NCBI RefSeq assembly: GCF_001194135.2
Contig: NC_069005.1
Span: 28,443,289 to 28,500,899 of the forward strand
DNA: 57,611 nucleotides
Origin: Octopus bimaculoides
Lineage: Eukaryota
Direction: 5' to 3'
The notes beneath the pieces are model-generated. The model was not told the origin of the DNA and searched no databases. It saw only the letters and a program-made list of their open reading frames with translations. Made by a program: the position numbers and the translations under genes. Below, in pieces: positions 1 to 12,882 of this stretch (position 1 is the first letter of the stretch; each line of letters begins with the position of its first letter).

Positions 1-2275
1 TTTTTTTTTTTTTTTGCGTGACCGAGCCTTAAACTTTAGATTAATCCATGTTTGTAAGGTTAATTTTAAAAAAATGTAAGCTACGAGGAAGTTCAACTTC
101 TGTTACGGAAGACAAATCGTTAAAACATTTGCATCAGAGAAGTAAAGCAACATGGCGGTTGGTTTCTCCGGCAGACGACACACTTCTTGCCTGCTCAGTC
201 AATTTGTTATACGATATGTGTGTCGTCTATTCAGTTAATTTGGTGACATAATTTGGTATGTTATCAGTTCTTTTTATCTTTCTACAAAATATCTCTTTGT
301 ATGTATTTCTTGCTGTACATGGCCATCTTAACTGTCAAGCAAATTAACGCTCTTTGGTTTATTGTCGTTTTGATAAGTGCGGCCGTCAAAGACCAATTAT
401 TTTAATATCTAAGCTGTAAATCTTGGACATTTACAAAATTTAATTCTCAGTAAACTTTGACTGTCCAGGCAAGTATCAGATATAAAGTATTTTTACATAG
501 AAGACGTTGACATTTTTTTTAAAGAGGATCAAAAAAGTGTGACGTATGTGACATCGCTCAAAATACCTTTTTTAACCAGAAAATATTAACTGCTAATGCC
601 TCTGAATTTCTCCACAGCGGCTTAAAATGCATCAGGGTGTTCATTTACATTGACTTTTGAAATTTCGAAGAAATACAAATGAGTCTGCTAGACAACAATG
701 TCTGTGGTCACAATTCCATAGAAATGGATGCAACATTTCCTCTTGCCAAATATTTTCACTATCTTCCAAATAGTGTAGATCTCGCAGAAATTATTCCAAT
801 ATCAATATTTGGTAAAAAAAAATTTTAATAAATCATTTCAGCATGTCTTTACAAGTTTAGCTAGAAGGGCTGTCCCCGGCTTTCGTATTACAAATTCTTG
901 CTACTCATTGAGTTGCACGAAAAACAAGTTGAAATAGTGTCATATTAAAATGTTTCACCTGAATGCTTCCATTAATTGCATTCTATGAACACCTTTCCTA
1001 TTAATGTAACAGATAAATTATGTTCCAACACATACAGAAACTTCTTTTTTGTTATACGAAGTTATTATTTTTATGGGCATTCTGAAAGATTTTTGAAAAC
1101 CTGTTTTGGTTTAATTTTCACGAGCATGGCCTATTTATTGACAGCAAGCCACAGCATATAGAGATCAGAATTGGTCCCTTAAATCTGTGAGGCCCCTGAG
1201 CAAATCAGTGTACTGGACCCTATAATAGCGACACTTTATTCTTTTATTAAGCTATACGAAAACAAACTAGTGGAGACGAGAATGCATTTATCAAGGGTTT
1301 ATTTGCGTACATCAGGGCTTAAGTCGCCAATTATTTCTGTTTACAGTTCATCTGTCACGAATTCTGCCCTACATAATTGCTCCCCCCCATCCAGAACTGT
1401 TGACTGTCATTGGAAACGGGAAGGCGTTTTAATTTTCCTGCCCATGCGTGTGGTTATTCGATTCTTTGGTGACCGTTCCTTGTCAAGGGCTGGTGTGATC
1501 TGTCTAGGACGGCCCCTGTTTGGTGGCTGAGCCACTTAAACGGGGTTGTCAGCGGTATTTCGTCTGTCTTTTACGTTCTGAGTTCAAATTCCACCGAGGT
1601 CGACTTTACCTTTCATTATTTCGGGGTCGATAAATAAAGTACCAGTTGCGTACTGGGGGGGGGGTCGATCTAATCGACTAGCCCCCGCCCCCAAAATTTC
1701 GGGCCTTGTGCCTATCGATGGAGACTGTATCTTGTCGTCCACCAATTAGGAGTTGGAATGTTTTATCTCCCAGATGTATGACTTGATATGGACCATCGTA
1801 GGGTGACTGGAGGGGTTTTTGTTGTGTGTCACTTCGAACGAACACAAAGTTAGCCGTTCGGAGGTCACCAGTATAGCTTTATTAAGCTGTACGTAAACAA
1901 ATTAGTGGAGACGAGAATACATTTATCACAGGTTCATTACTTTACGTACAGCAGTTATTTCTGTTTACTGTTCGTCTGTCATGAATTCTGCCCTACATCA
2001 TAAAGAAAATCATATATAGTTGGCTTTTCAGTCTCCATCGATAGGCATTAACCTTTTCTGCTTTTGTATGTTTCTTGATCATCCAAATAATATGATATAC
2101 TTTGCGGCCCACCATGAGTGATTGAATTCATGCTTTGGCCCTTTGGACGGAAAAGTTTGTGCAGCGCTAACCAAGACCCTACTATGCATGGTACAGAATA
2201 GGGACCAGTGGCTAATTTAACATTTTAATAACCTTTGCTGATAACAAGGCAAGTTCCTAGAGATGAATTTATGAC

Positions 2276-2374
2276 CTTTTGAGGTCACGGTCCTTCTTTG
2301 AAACTTCACACTCCTCGTTTCTTTGAAGAAAGTCTCTGACCCGCCACCAGGAAATGTCAGAGCTTGCCTCACCT
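2276..2374 (-). CDS. Candidate second exon (99 nt, 1->1): (E)VRQALTFPGGGSETFFKETRSVKFQRRTVTSK
   Basis: ctgtag acceptor with a poor pyrimidine tract, AAG|gtcata donor, phase compatible with the 2681-2774 exon. Confidence 0.2.
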
Positions 2375-2680
2375 CTACAGCACATGAAATTCTTTTGTGT
2401 TTTATGAATTTTATTTTAAAGTGTGTTTGTACGAAGGCAAAAGCGGTGTAAAAAAAAAAAGGAAAATGGGGGTAAGAGAAAGGGTGGGGTGAATGAGGAG
2501 GAGGAGAGAGAAACCCTGGCATTGTGTGTGTGTATGTGTGCACGTGCACATGTGTGTGAGAGAGTTTGTGTGAGTGTGTGTGTGGAGGTGCATGTATGTG
2601 TGGGTGTGTGTGTTTGAAAATTAGATTGGGAGGATGAGATAAGAAAAGGGAAGAAAACAGAAGCAAAAAAAAAGTCAGAC

Positions 2681-2774
2681 CAATGAGTGAGCCTTCACAT
2701 GGGTTACTCTCATAGCTAGAAATAGCTGCCAAATCACCATCAGCTTCCATCTTGCTGTTTTAAGTCCTAAAAAT
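2681..2774 (-). CDS. Candidate first coding exon of an unidentified downstream gene: 24-nt UTR then MEADGDLAAISSYESNPCEGSLI (ATG at 2750)
   Basis: Strong acceptor tctttttccag, Kozak GCAAG-ATG-G, possible donor G|gtctga in phase 1; no recognised homology. Confidence 0.3.
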
Positions 2775-3201
2775 CTGGAAAAAGACATATTTGGCACTGA
2801 AGTAAAAGAACAATCTGGTTAGTGGCAGTTTGATGCCATTGATCACAGGTCAGCTTGATCAGAGTTGACCTTGGGTTTAATAATTGAGAATGAGAGCAGA
2901 TGAATAAGAGAGAGAGAGAGAGAAGAGAAACAGACAAAAAGATGGTGGATGAGAAAAAGAAAAAGGAAAGAGAAAGAAATAGATTGTATATATGGTAAGA
3001 AAATAAAAAGAGAGTGAGATATGAAAACAACAAAAAGGACAAACACAGACAGAATTAGTGAGAGAGAGAGAGAGAGAAGGGGAGAGGAAGAACCATAAAA
3101 GATGTCATAAAGATTATAAGATAACAATAAAGAAAATATGAATTACTTGCTTCAGAAGAGTGAAGAAAGCAGGAGCATAAGATAAGAGAGAGTATAGCCA
3201 C

Positions 3202-3562
3202 ATGTATGTGTGTGTGTATACACACACGCATACATACATATATGTATGTATATGTGTATGTATATGTATGTATGTATATATATATATGTATGTATGTATA
3301 TATGTATGTATGTATATATATGTATGTATGTATATATATATATGTATGTATGTATATGTATGTATGTATATGTATGTATGTATATATATGTATGTATATG
3401 TATGTATGTATGTATATGTATGTATGTATATATATGTATGTATGTATATATATGTATGTATGTATATATATGTATGTATGTATATATGTATGTATATATA
3501 TATATGTATGTATGTATATATGTATTTATATATATATGTATGTATATATATATATATGTATG
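3202..3562. repeat. (TATG)n/(TA)n microsatellite running into a gap; probably continues at 4803
   Basis: Direct inspection. Confidence 0.97.
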
Positions 3563-4170
3563 NNNNNNNNNNNNNNNNNNNNNNNNNNNNNNNNNNNNNN
3601 NNNNNNNNNNNNNNNNNNNNNNNNNNNNNNNNNNNNNNNNNNNNNNNNNNNNNNNNNNNNNNNNNNNNNNNNNNNNNNNNNNNNNNNNNNNNNNNNNNNN
3701 NNNNNNNNNNNNNNNNNNNNNNNNNNNNNNNNNNNNNNNNNNNNNNNNNNNNNNNNNNNNNNNNNNNNNNNNNNNNNNNNNNNNNNNNNNNNNNNNNNNN
3801 NNNNNNNNNNNNNNNNNNNNNNNNNNNNNNNNNNNNNNNNNNNNNNNNNNNNNNNNNNNNNNNNNNNNNNNNNNNNNNNNNNNNNNNNNNNNNNNNNNNN
3901 NNNNNNNNNNNNNNNNNNNNNNNNNNNNNNNNNNNNNNNNNNNNNNNNNNNNNNNNNNNNNNNNNNNNNNNNNNNNNNNNNNNNNNNNNNNNNNNNNNNN
4001 NNNNNNNNNNNNNNNNNNNNNNNNNNNNNNNNNNNNNNNNNNNNNNNNNNNNNNNNNNNNNNNNNNNNNNNNNNNNNNNNNNNNNNNNNNNNNNNNNNNN
4101 NNNNNNNNNNNNNNNNNNNNNNNNNNNNNNNNNNNNNNNNNNNNNNNNNNNNNNNNNNNNNNNNNNNNNN

Positions 4171-4802
4171 ACATAAACAAACGATTCTTCGTTTTATTTG
4201 CTCTTTTCATTTTAAATTTGCTTTAACCCTAACCCTAACTCTAACCCTAGGGTTAGGGTTAGGGTTAATTGTTTCAGAATCGTTTGTTTATGTAGTCGGC
4301 ACTTAATGTATATCGGCTGAATGGACGTCAGTGATTGGTTGAAATTACAGAAATACGACAACTTTAACATGGAATAATTTATGGATTTCTTTTTTTTTTA
4401 AAGAAGACTAAGAGAAAAAGATGTTTTATATGACACATTCTACCAGTGTTCCAAGTTTCAAAGTGTTTCGTTAATGAAAAATGTGGCCCCCGTTTTAAAA
4501 AAGATCCAAAAGTTCTAATGCTCTTAGCTTAGATTGTCTTGGTGGGGTAACCAGATTGAACTGTCTCATGTGTAACTGCTTGAAACAGTTATGACTTCTG
4601 GTACTTGACTGAGGAAAGAAGGCCACAAATGACCCGTCTTTTTTTTGCATGTCTTTCTAATTGTTGTTTCTCCTGTCCGCCTTTGTATCGTCTATCTGTC
4701 CGAATGTTTTATTGTCCTCTATTGCATTTTTGTTCCATTTTTTAATTGGCGTTAGGAAGGGCATCCAGCTGTAGAAACTCTGCCAAATTAGANNNNNNNN
4801 NN

Positions 4803-4837
<35 letters not shown>

Positions 4838-5370
4838 GTATGTGTATGTATAATAATATTAGGGAAGACATTCCAAATTTACAGGGAAAGATTCAATTTA
4901 ATTTATCAGTCGAAAGACACCTGTTATTATTTTCTTGTTTGTATTTCTAATTGTGTACCATGTTCTCTGTTTTTTGTCTTTGTTACCGTACACATTTCTT
5001 GCAAAAAGTTCGGATCTTTTTTAAAACGGGGGCCACATTTTTCATTAATGTTTTACGTAGTGTTTTTGGTACGGAAAGACTTTCAAACTTCGTATACTTA
5101 TCTATTTTGTGTTATAGAACAGAAAAATATTTTTGTATTCGAATTTATTTCATGTAAAAAATTGTCTTATTTCGATAATTTCAACCAATCACTGACGTCC
5201 ATTCAGTCGATATACATTAAGTGCCGACTACATAAACAAACGATTCTTCGTTTTATTTGCTCTTTTCATTTTAAATTTGCTTTAACCCTAACCCTAACTC
5301 TAACCCTAGGGTTAGGGTTAGGGTTAATTGTTTCAGAATCGTTTGTTTATGTAGTCGGCACTTAATGTAT
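4171..5370. mobile_element. One approx. 555-bp foldback MITE split over two misordered contigs (left end 5012, right end 4507); 37-bp perfect TIR, 8-bp TSD, Merlin-like
   Basis: TIR GGATCTTTTTTAAAACGGGGGCCACATTTTTCATTAA at 5012-5048 and its reverse complement at 4471-4507; TSD AAAAGTTC at 5004-5011 and 4508-4515; 4171-4311 identical to 5230-5370. Confidence 0.85.
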
Positions 5371-6137
5371 NNNNNNNNNNNNNNNNNNNNNNNNNNNNNN
5401 NNNNNNNNNNNNNNNNNNNNNNNNNNNNNNNNNNNNNNNNNNNNNNNNNNNNNNNNNNNNNNNNNNNNNNNNNNNNNNNNNNNNNNNNNNNNNNNNNNNN
5501 NNNNNNNNNNNNNNNNNNNNNNNNNNNNNNNNNNNNNNNNNNNNNNNNNNNNNNNNNNNNNNNNNNNNNNNNNNNNNNNNNNNNNNNNNNNNNNNNNNNN
5601 NNNNNNNNNNNNNNNNNNNNNNNNNNNNNNNNNNNNNNNNNNNNNNNNNNNNNNNNNNNNNNNNNNNNNNNNNNNNNNNNNNNNNNNNNNNNNNNNNNNN
5701 NNNNNNNNNNNNNNNNNNNNNNNNNNNNNNNNNNNNNNNNNNNNNNNNNNNNNNNNNNNNNNNNNNNNNNNNNNNNNNNNNNNNNNNNNNNNNNNNNNNN
5801 NNNNNNNNNNNNNNNNNNNNNNNNNNNNNNNNNNNNNNNNNNNNNNNNNNNNNNNNNNNNNNNNNNNNNNNNNNNNNNNNNNNNNNNNNNNNNNNNNNNN
5901 NNNNNNNNNNNNNNNNNNNNNNNNNNNNNNNNNNNNNNNNNNNNNNNNNNNNNNNNNNNNNNNNNNNNNNNNNNNNNNNNNNNNNNNNNNNNNNNNNNNN
6001 NNNNNNNNNNNNNNNNNNNNNNNNNNNNNNNNNNNNNNNNNNNNNNNNNNAGATTGGAGCCTGGTGTTGCCATCCGGTTTCACCAGTCCTCAGTCAAATC
6101 GTCCAACCCATGCTAGCATGGAAAGCGGACGTTAAAC

Positions 6138-6171
<34 letters not shown>

Positions 6172-6790
6172 CAAAAGTCGCCATACATAGGAACAATTTA
6201 TTTTTTATATAAGAAACAGTTTATAAGAACAATTTTTCTTTTTTTATTTAACAGTCTCTATGTGGTTACCATTGTTTTGAATACACATTGCAATACGTTT
6301 ACCCAACTCAATGTGAACTCGTAATAGCACATCTGGTGATACGTGTGCAAGGGAGTTGGTGATGCGTTCCTTCACATGATTTATGTTTTTCATCTTTTTG
6401 TAATGCACCATATCTTTCAAATGCCCCCAAAGATAGAAATCAAGAGGGGTCAGATCAGGGGATCTGGGAGATCTTATAAATCATTTCTTATTAAAAAAAT
6501 AAATTTTCCCTATGTATGGAGACTTTTGTATCACCCTGTGTCAACCACACACATACATAAACAGCCACAAACACACACACGTGCTATCATTACACACACA
6601 CACACACAGACTTGTGCGCATGCACATACTCACACACACACACACACACATACCTCCTTCTCTTGCACTCTCCTGTCTTTGAAAAGAACTTTTTCTTCAC
6701 CCTTTCCCTTTCTGTCATTTCAATATGTGACCATGTGTGTGTCGTTGGCGATTTTCTTTCTCCGTCTTCCCTTCTTTGGACTTTTTCTAT

Positions 6791-6825
6791 ATTTCTGATG
6801 AAGAGCTCTGCTCGAAACTTGAAAT
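6791..6825 (+). ncRNA. Degenerate hammerhead-like motif
   Basis: AUUU-CUGAUGA-A-GAGC(UCU)GCUC-GAAAC-UUG-AAAU; cleavage triplet non-canonical. Confidence 0.45.
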
Positions 6826-6922
6826 CCTCTTTCTTTTCTTTCCTTTCCTGAGCATCCAATAACACTGTACTTATTCCATGTCCTCGCGTTGTTGTCTTTT
6901 CTTGCTTGTTCATGTTTGGATT

Positions 6923-6926
<4 letters not shown>

Positions 6927-6990
<64 letters not shown>
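6927..6990. repeat. (TA)n microsatellite (one of many TA, CA, GA and AAT tracts)
   Basis: Direct inspection. Confidence 0.97.
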
Positions 6991-6991
<1 letters not shown>

Positions 6992-7827
6992 GTACATGAC
7001 GCTTGGCTAAGGTCAGTGTCCACTGGCTATATATATTTATATACTTGTAGTGACCTCCTACTTTCTATAATATCAGTAGCCACTGGATTCTCACTGTCCT
7101 GCTTAATTAATTCCACTAACAGGTTTGTTTTTATTAAGAGTAACTGAAAAACACTGTTATGCTTTGAACTCAATACTGGTGGACTTTTTACCTTGATATC
7201 TCATCAGTCATTATTCACCAATCATAGTTTAACTTTTCATACAGTTATAGAAGAAAATATAGTGACTGTTATTGTAGTTACTAATCCTTACAAATAATAG
7301 TAAAGAAGAGATAAAAGAAGTTGGAAATCCACAGAGAATATACAAGATTTATTTATATTAATATTAATATACTTAATTAATATACTGGCTAAGTATTAAT
7401 ATCAATAAAATTATTAATATAAGTGCAGGCATGGCTGTGTGGTAAGAAGTTTAGTTCCCAACCACATGGTTCCAGGTTCAGTCCCACTGCATGGAACCTT
7501 GGGCAAGTGTCTTCTATTATAGCCTTGGTCTGACCAAGGACTTGTCAATGGATTTGGTAGACAGAAACTGAAAGAAGGCGGGGAACTGGCAGAAACGTTA
7601 GCATGCCAGGTGAAATGCTTAGCGGTATTTCGTCTGCTGTTACGTTCTGAGTTCAAATTCTGCCTAGGTTGACATGACACTGGCATCGGCCACAACTACA
7701 ATTCCATTTGGCTTGACAGGTCAACACAAGCATAGTATATAACCCAAGGATTTGGTCACCTGTCACTGCCTCTGCGAGGTCCCTCAAATGGTGCTTTTTA
7801 CATGCCACCAGCAGAGATTTTTTAAAG

Positions 7828-7869
<42 letters not shown>

Positions 7870-10800
7870 GTATGTATATACATATTCCTTATGTGTGTGA
7901 TACACACACATGTACCTATATACATACATATATAATTATACATATGTAGATATATTTATGCATATATACATACATACACACACACACATACATGTGCACA
8001 CACATACACATAGTAAATGATTAGTTTGTGTAAGGACTTAGTGCTGTAGGCAGAGTAAATGAAATGTCGCCTGTGAGTCTATTTAGTGCTATGCGTTATT
8101 ATCATAACACAATAAACTCATTTGTGTCACTTTAATTCCTGTGACTCTTTGTGGAGACAAACAATAAGTTTATTCCAGGAACACCATCACCACCACCACC
8201 ACTACAACTGTCACCAGTAACTAATACTATCAACCAACACCACAACAAATAGTAGCCCCCTACAGCCCACACAACCACAAATATTTCACAGATATGGACG
8301 TATAAATGCCCTTGTGTATGTTGTATTGTGCATATACACTTGTGCATACAAACATCCACGAAAATATAAGCATACACCCATGTGTGGTTTGGTGCACATA
8401 TGCTCACACAATGAATTAAATAGCTCCTTGGTGCTTATAAGAATGGGGAAGTTAGAGCTAAATTTAATTCTTCCATGCCTTGAGGTGAATAACGATTATT
8501 AATTAGGTTAACAGTTACTCAAATTCATTCTCACTGCATTTTGCAAAAGTGCAAGGCGGTGAGCTGGCAGAAATGTTAGCACGTCAGGCGAAACGCTTAG
8601 CGGCATTTCATCTGCCGCTACATTCTGAGTTCAAGTTCCACTGAGGTCAACTTTGCCTTTTATCCTTTTGGGGTCGATAAATTAAGTACCAGTTGCATAC
8701 TGGGGTCGATGATGTAATCAACTATCCCCCTCCCCCAAATTTCAGGCCTTGTGCCTATGATAGAAAGGATTGCGCACAAGTGCATTTATGTGCATGTAAG
8801 CATCCTGAGTGTCTTCCAGAAATTCTATTAATGACTTTCTCATTGGACCACAGAACAGACAGGGATTTCTTGGAACAGAGTCAGCATCTCCTGGAAATGA
8901 TATTCTATGGTTTTGTGTGCCTTACTATGGACCAAGTTCATGGTTGTATTTAATACTTTTCTCGCTGCATTGTGCATTCGTTTATTTTTTATTATTAATC
9001 TTCTATGAAAATGAAGCGATATTCTTTAAATATCTGTTTTTCTTTACACAAACTGAGAAGATCCCTTGCAGAACTGTTATTTTAACAAGTTATATCTATT
9101 CATCACCCACAAAGAGATGCATCTACATCGTCAGATGCACCTGAACCAGTTGTTCAGTATCCCACCCATGAGGGATTGATGCTAGATGGACTGAAACAAT
9201 TGTAGTGATTAATAAAAATTCTCATATCTTTCATCTTCCATCTCGCTCATTAACCAGACCCCAGTCGAACCGTCTAGCCCATGCCAGCATGGAAAACGGA
9301 CGTTAAACAATGATGATGATTTATATATATATAAATATATATAAAGAAAGTTTAGAAAAAGGAGATGTAGCATTAATATAATTTATTAACTGCAAAAATC
9401 CAACATATTCTCTTACAGCTGTTTTAATTTAGCCTAAAGCTTAAATTATATTAATTAAATCATTGTACTAGGTAATTACTTCTGCCGGAGCCACGTCAAG
9501 CTTAGGTGTTTTGCTCATAAACACACACATTGCCCGGTCTGAGATTCGAACACACAATCCCTTGACTGTGAGTCCGCTGCTCTAGCCATTAGGCCATGTG
9601 CCTCCACAAGTTGCTGTGATACCTATAGAAAATTCGGTTACCTTTCATGAGTGTCAACAGAATAGTAGTTATCTGCTAGATATCATTATCGTCATTGTCA
9701 TCATCTCATGTCTTTTCACTATCGGTTGGATGGTTTGACAGGAGCTGGTAAGCCAGAGGACTGTACAGTACCCCACTGTCTTCCTTGGCATGGTTTTTAT
9801 GGCTGGATGTCCTTCCTGATGCCAACCACTTTACAGAGAGAACTGGGTGCTTTTTACATGACAACAGCACTGGCGAGTTCTGCTTTAGCCTGATTCACTA
9901 GTGTCACCACCATGTAAAACCCTCCAGCCTACTCTGTGGACCGGGAGTTACAATGTTAGGTTGTTCTAAAAATAATGGCTAATTTCAGAAACATAATTTT
10001 ATTCTGGAAAAATTAACAATAGAAATGTTTTGATTAGTCAAAATATGAGCTGTGAACATCTATGCTTCTCTGCCATCGGTCAACGAGATTATTTATGCCT
10101 CATTGATAAAAACTTACTGGCTTTGATACTAAAAAATCTTTGAAAGCTGATTCCACCTCTAGTTTGGATCTGAAAGTTTTATCACTTAAAAATGTGTTTA
10201 AATGCCTTAAAAAATGGTAGTCAGTGGGTGAAAGATCAAGAGAATATGGAAGATGTGGTGCCACGCAGTGGGACTGAACCTGGAACCATGTGGTTGGTAA
10301 GCAAGCTACTTACCACACAGACACTCCTGCGCCTATGATAAAATTGCATTTCAAAACACAATACTTAGAGTGTCCATTATTTTCGGAACACCCTAATAGT
10401 TACAATTATTCTAATAGTTATAGTACTTAGGGCCCCAGCAACATCACTGACAATGCATCCAAATACATCCATGAGTTTTATTTTAGAAGAGAATTTTCAA
10501 ACGAGACTTACATAAGATGAAATATGTTGTTATTAAGTCGGTCAAGTGACGCAATACATCACTGACTAATTCATTATTACATATCTAAGTAATGTAAGTA
10601 TCTATAATGTAGGCCGCCCTGAAAGAGTAACAAGTGATATTTAGGAGTGTCCCAGCTATTTTCAGGTAAATAAAATTCTTTGAGGTGTGGGTTTTTGTTC
10701 AGATATGTTTATGGAGGATATCGACTGATAAGAAAATTATTCGAAAGTTAGCTGCAGTTTCTTGACCTAGATCTATTGCTTTCTATAAACACACATACAT

Positions 10801-12585
10801 ATATATGTGTGTGTGTGTGGATATAAATATATATATATATTTATCTATATCATCTACTCTCCTGTCAAGTGTTCGACAATTTCTTGCCCAACAACCATAC
10901 CAATGATTTGTTTATAGAGATTAAATGCCTGTACTCAAATCAGCTCACTTCCTCCATCAAATCGATATTACCTGTACAGGTAATATTACCTGCAACGGGT
11001 ACCACATGCCAGATGACGAAATTATCACAGAGAAACGTGAAATGAAGTGCTTTGCTCAAGAACACAGCATAATGCCTGGTGTGGGAATCGACACCACGAT
11101 CTTGCAATCGTGAGTGCAATACCTTAACCACTGAGCCATGCGCCTTCACACATACACACATATATTCTTTTACTTGTTTCAGTCATTTGACTGCAGCCAT
11201 GCTGGGGCACTGCTTTAAAGCGTTTTAGTTGAACAAATCGACCCCAGGGTTTATTTTCTAAAGCCTAGTATTTATTCTGTCTCTTTTTTTGCTGAAATGC
11301 TTAAAGTACAAGGATATAAATACACCAACACCGGTTGTCAAGCATTGATGGTGGGAATGAACACAAAGACATGTACATATAGATGTATATATGCCTGGCT
11401 TCTTTCAGTTTCTGTTTCCCAAATCCGCTCACAAGGCTTTGGTCAGCCCAGGGCAATTTTACCTGCATAAATTTGGACAACAGCATTGAAGCCATCAGCA
11501 AAGATCTGTTGTCACGTCTCTTGAATAGATTTTTATGACAATACTTTTCCCATAACAACAACAAGTCCTTCCCTCTTCTCTTCCTACACCTCAACTCTAA
11601 ACCGCACCTCTTCGTCTTGCATATTTTGGGTCTCACATTTTGCTTTATCGCTCACTGGTCCTCTTAACATACTTTTATTCTTTTACTCATTTGACAGTGG
11701 CCATGCTAGAGCACTGCCTTAGAGGTTTTAGTTGAAGAAATTAACCCCAGGACTTTTTATTTGTAAGCCTAGAACTAATTCCATCAGTCTGAAGATACAC
11801 ACACATAAACATGTATATATATATATATATATATATACACATAAACATGTATATATATATATACACACATATATTGTATATATGACAGGCTTCTTTCAGT
11901 TTCCATCTACCAAATCCACTCACAAGGCTTTGGCTGTCCCAAGGCTATAGTAAACACTTTCTCAAGGTGCCATGCAGTGGGAATGAACTTGGAGCCATGC
12001 AGTTGGGATTTAAAAACTGTTTTTGTTTTTTAATGTTTTATTACTAGATTTTCTCTTCAGGTGAACTCAACATTGTGGTGTGGCTGACGTAGAAACTCTG
12101 TACAACAATGTAATCCTCATGAAGATTATCTCAGCTTGATAATTAGCTACATCAAGTAGAGTTGATTGCATAACAATTACGTCATCAACTTCAGCTAGTT
12201 AAGAAACATATGTAGTATACATTTTACCTGTTCTGCTCCCTCAATTTGGATATGTTGTGTGATAAAATTTTTATTTTTGGTCAGTAAGTGTTATTTCCTA
12301 TTTGCCTCTGTCTAGAAATCAAAGGAAATCACTATTATTCCCTTCAAACTTTGTTTTTTTGATCTGGGCATCAATGTTTTTGAAACTCACCTATTTCCCC
12401 ATTACATTTCAGACAAATCCAGTGCCGAGTTGAAGCTGAAATATCGTTATAGGAAATATTCTGCTCAGTTGCACAGATTTACTTGTTGTCCTTGATCAGT
12501 AAGTATTACTTCCTATTTGCTTCTAGAAGTTGGGAAGTAAGCTTCTTACCACACAGCCACGCCTGCCTGCACCTTATATATATCA

Positions 12586-12882
12586 TCATCGTCGTTTAAC
12601 GTCCGCTTTCCATGCTAGCATGGGTTGGACGATTTGACTAAGGACTGGTGAAACCAGATGGCTACACCAGGCTCCAATCTGATTTGGCAGAGTTTCTACA
12701 GCTGGATGCCCTTCCTAACGCCAACCACTCTGAGAGTGCAGTAGGTGCTTTACATGCCACCGGCACGAAGGCCAGTCAGGCGGTACTGGCAACGGCCATG
12801 CTCAAAATGGTGTATTTTACGCGGCACTGGCAACGATCTCGCTCGAATGTCTTTACACGTGCCAGGAAGGCGATGCTAGGTA
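12586..12882 (-). mobile_element. 5'-truncated copy of the same LINE 3' UTR (others at about 4750-4792 plus 6051-6170, 9700-9870, 36850-37066, 53890-54045, 55490-55757)
   Basis: Shared GCTGGATGCCCTTCCTAACGCCAACCAC core and (CAT)n/(GAT)n tail. Confidence 0.75.

Noticed and set aside
2217-2750. 177-aa single-exon ORF, and the resemblance of MEADGD to the RASEF N-terminus
   Set aside because: The middle is (CA)n and poly-T low complexity; similarity to RASEF stops after six residues and no EF-hand follows
4222-4268. Interstitial telomere or chromosome-fusion site
   Set aside because: Only a few repeats, and they are the centre of a TIR- and TSD-bounded element
3152-4306. ORFs of 324-366 aa (and similar ones at 5271-6135, 19344-19950, 31793-32991, 36444-36968)
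   Set aside because: They run through microsatellites and N-gaps; only the separately listed GIT exon pieces are real coding sequence
4171-5370. Two tandem copies of the telomere-core element
   Set aside because: A shared TSD and continuity of the flanking repeats show one element on misordered contigs
12648-12882. MKPDGYTRLQSDLAEFLQLDALPNANH ORF (also 55533-55760)
   Set aside because: Antisense translation of a multicopy LINE 3' UTR
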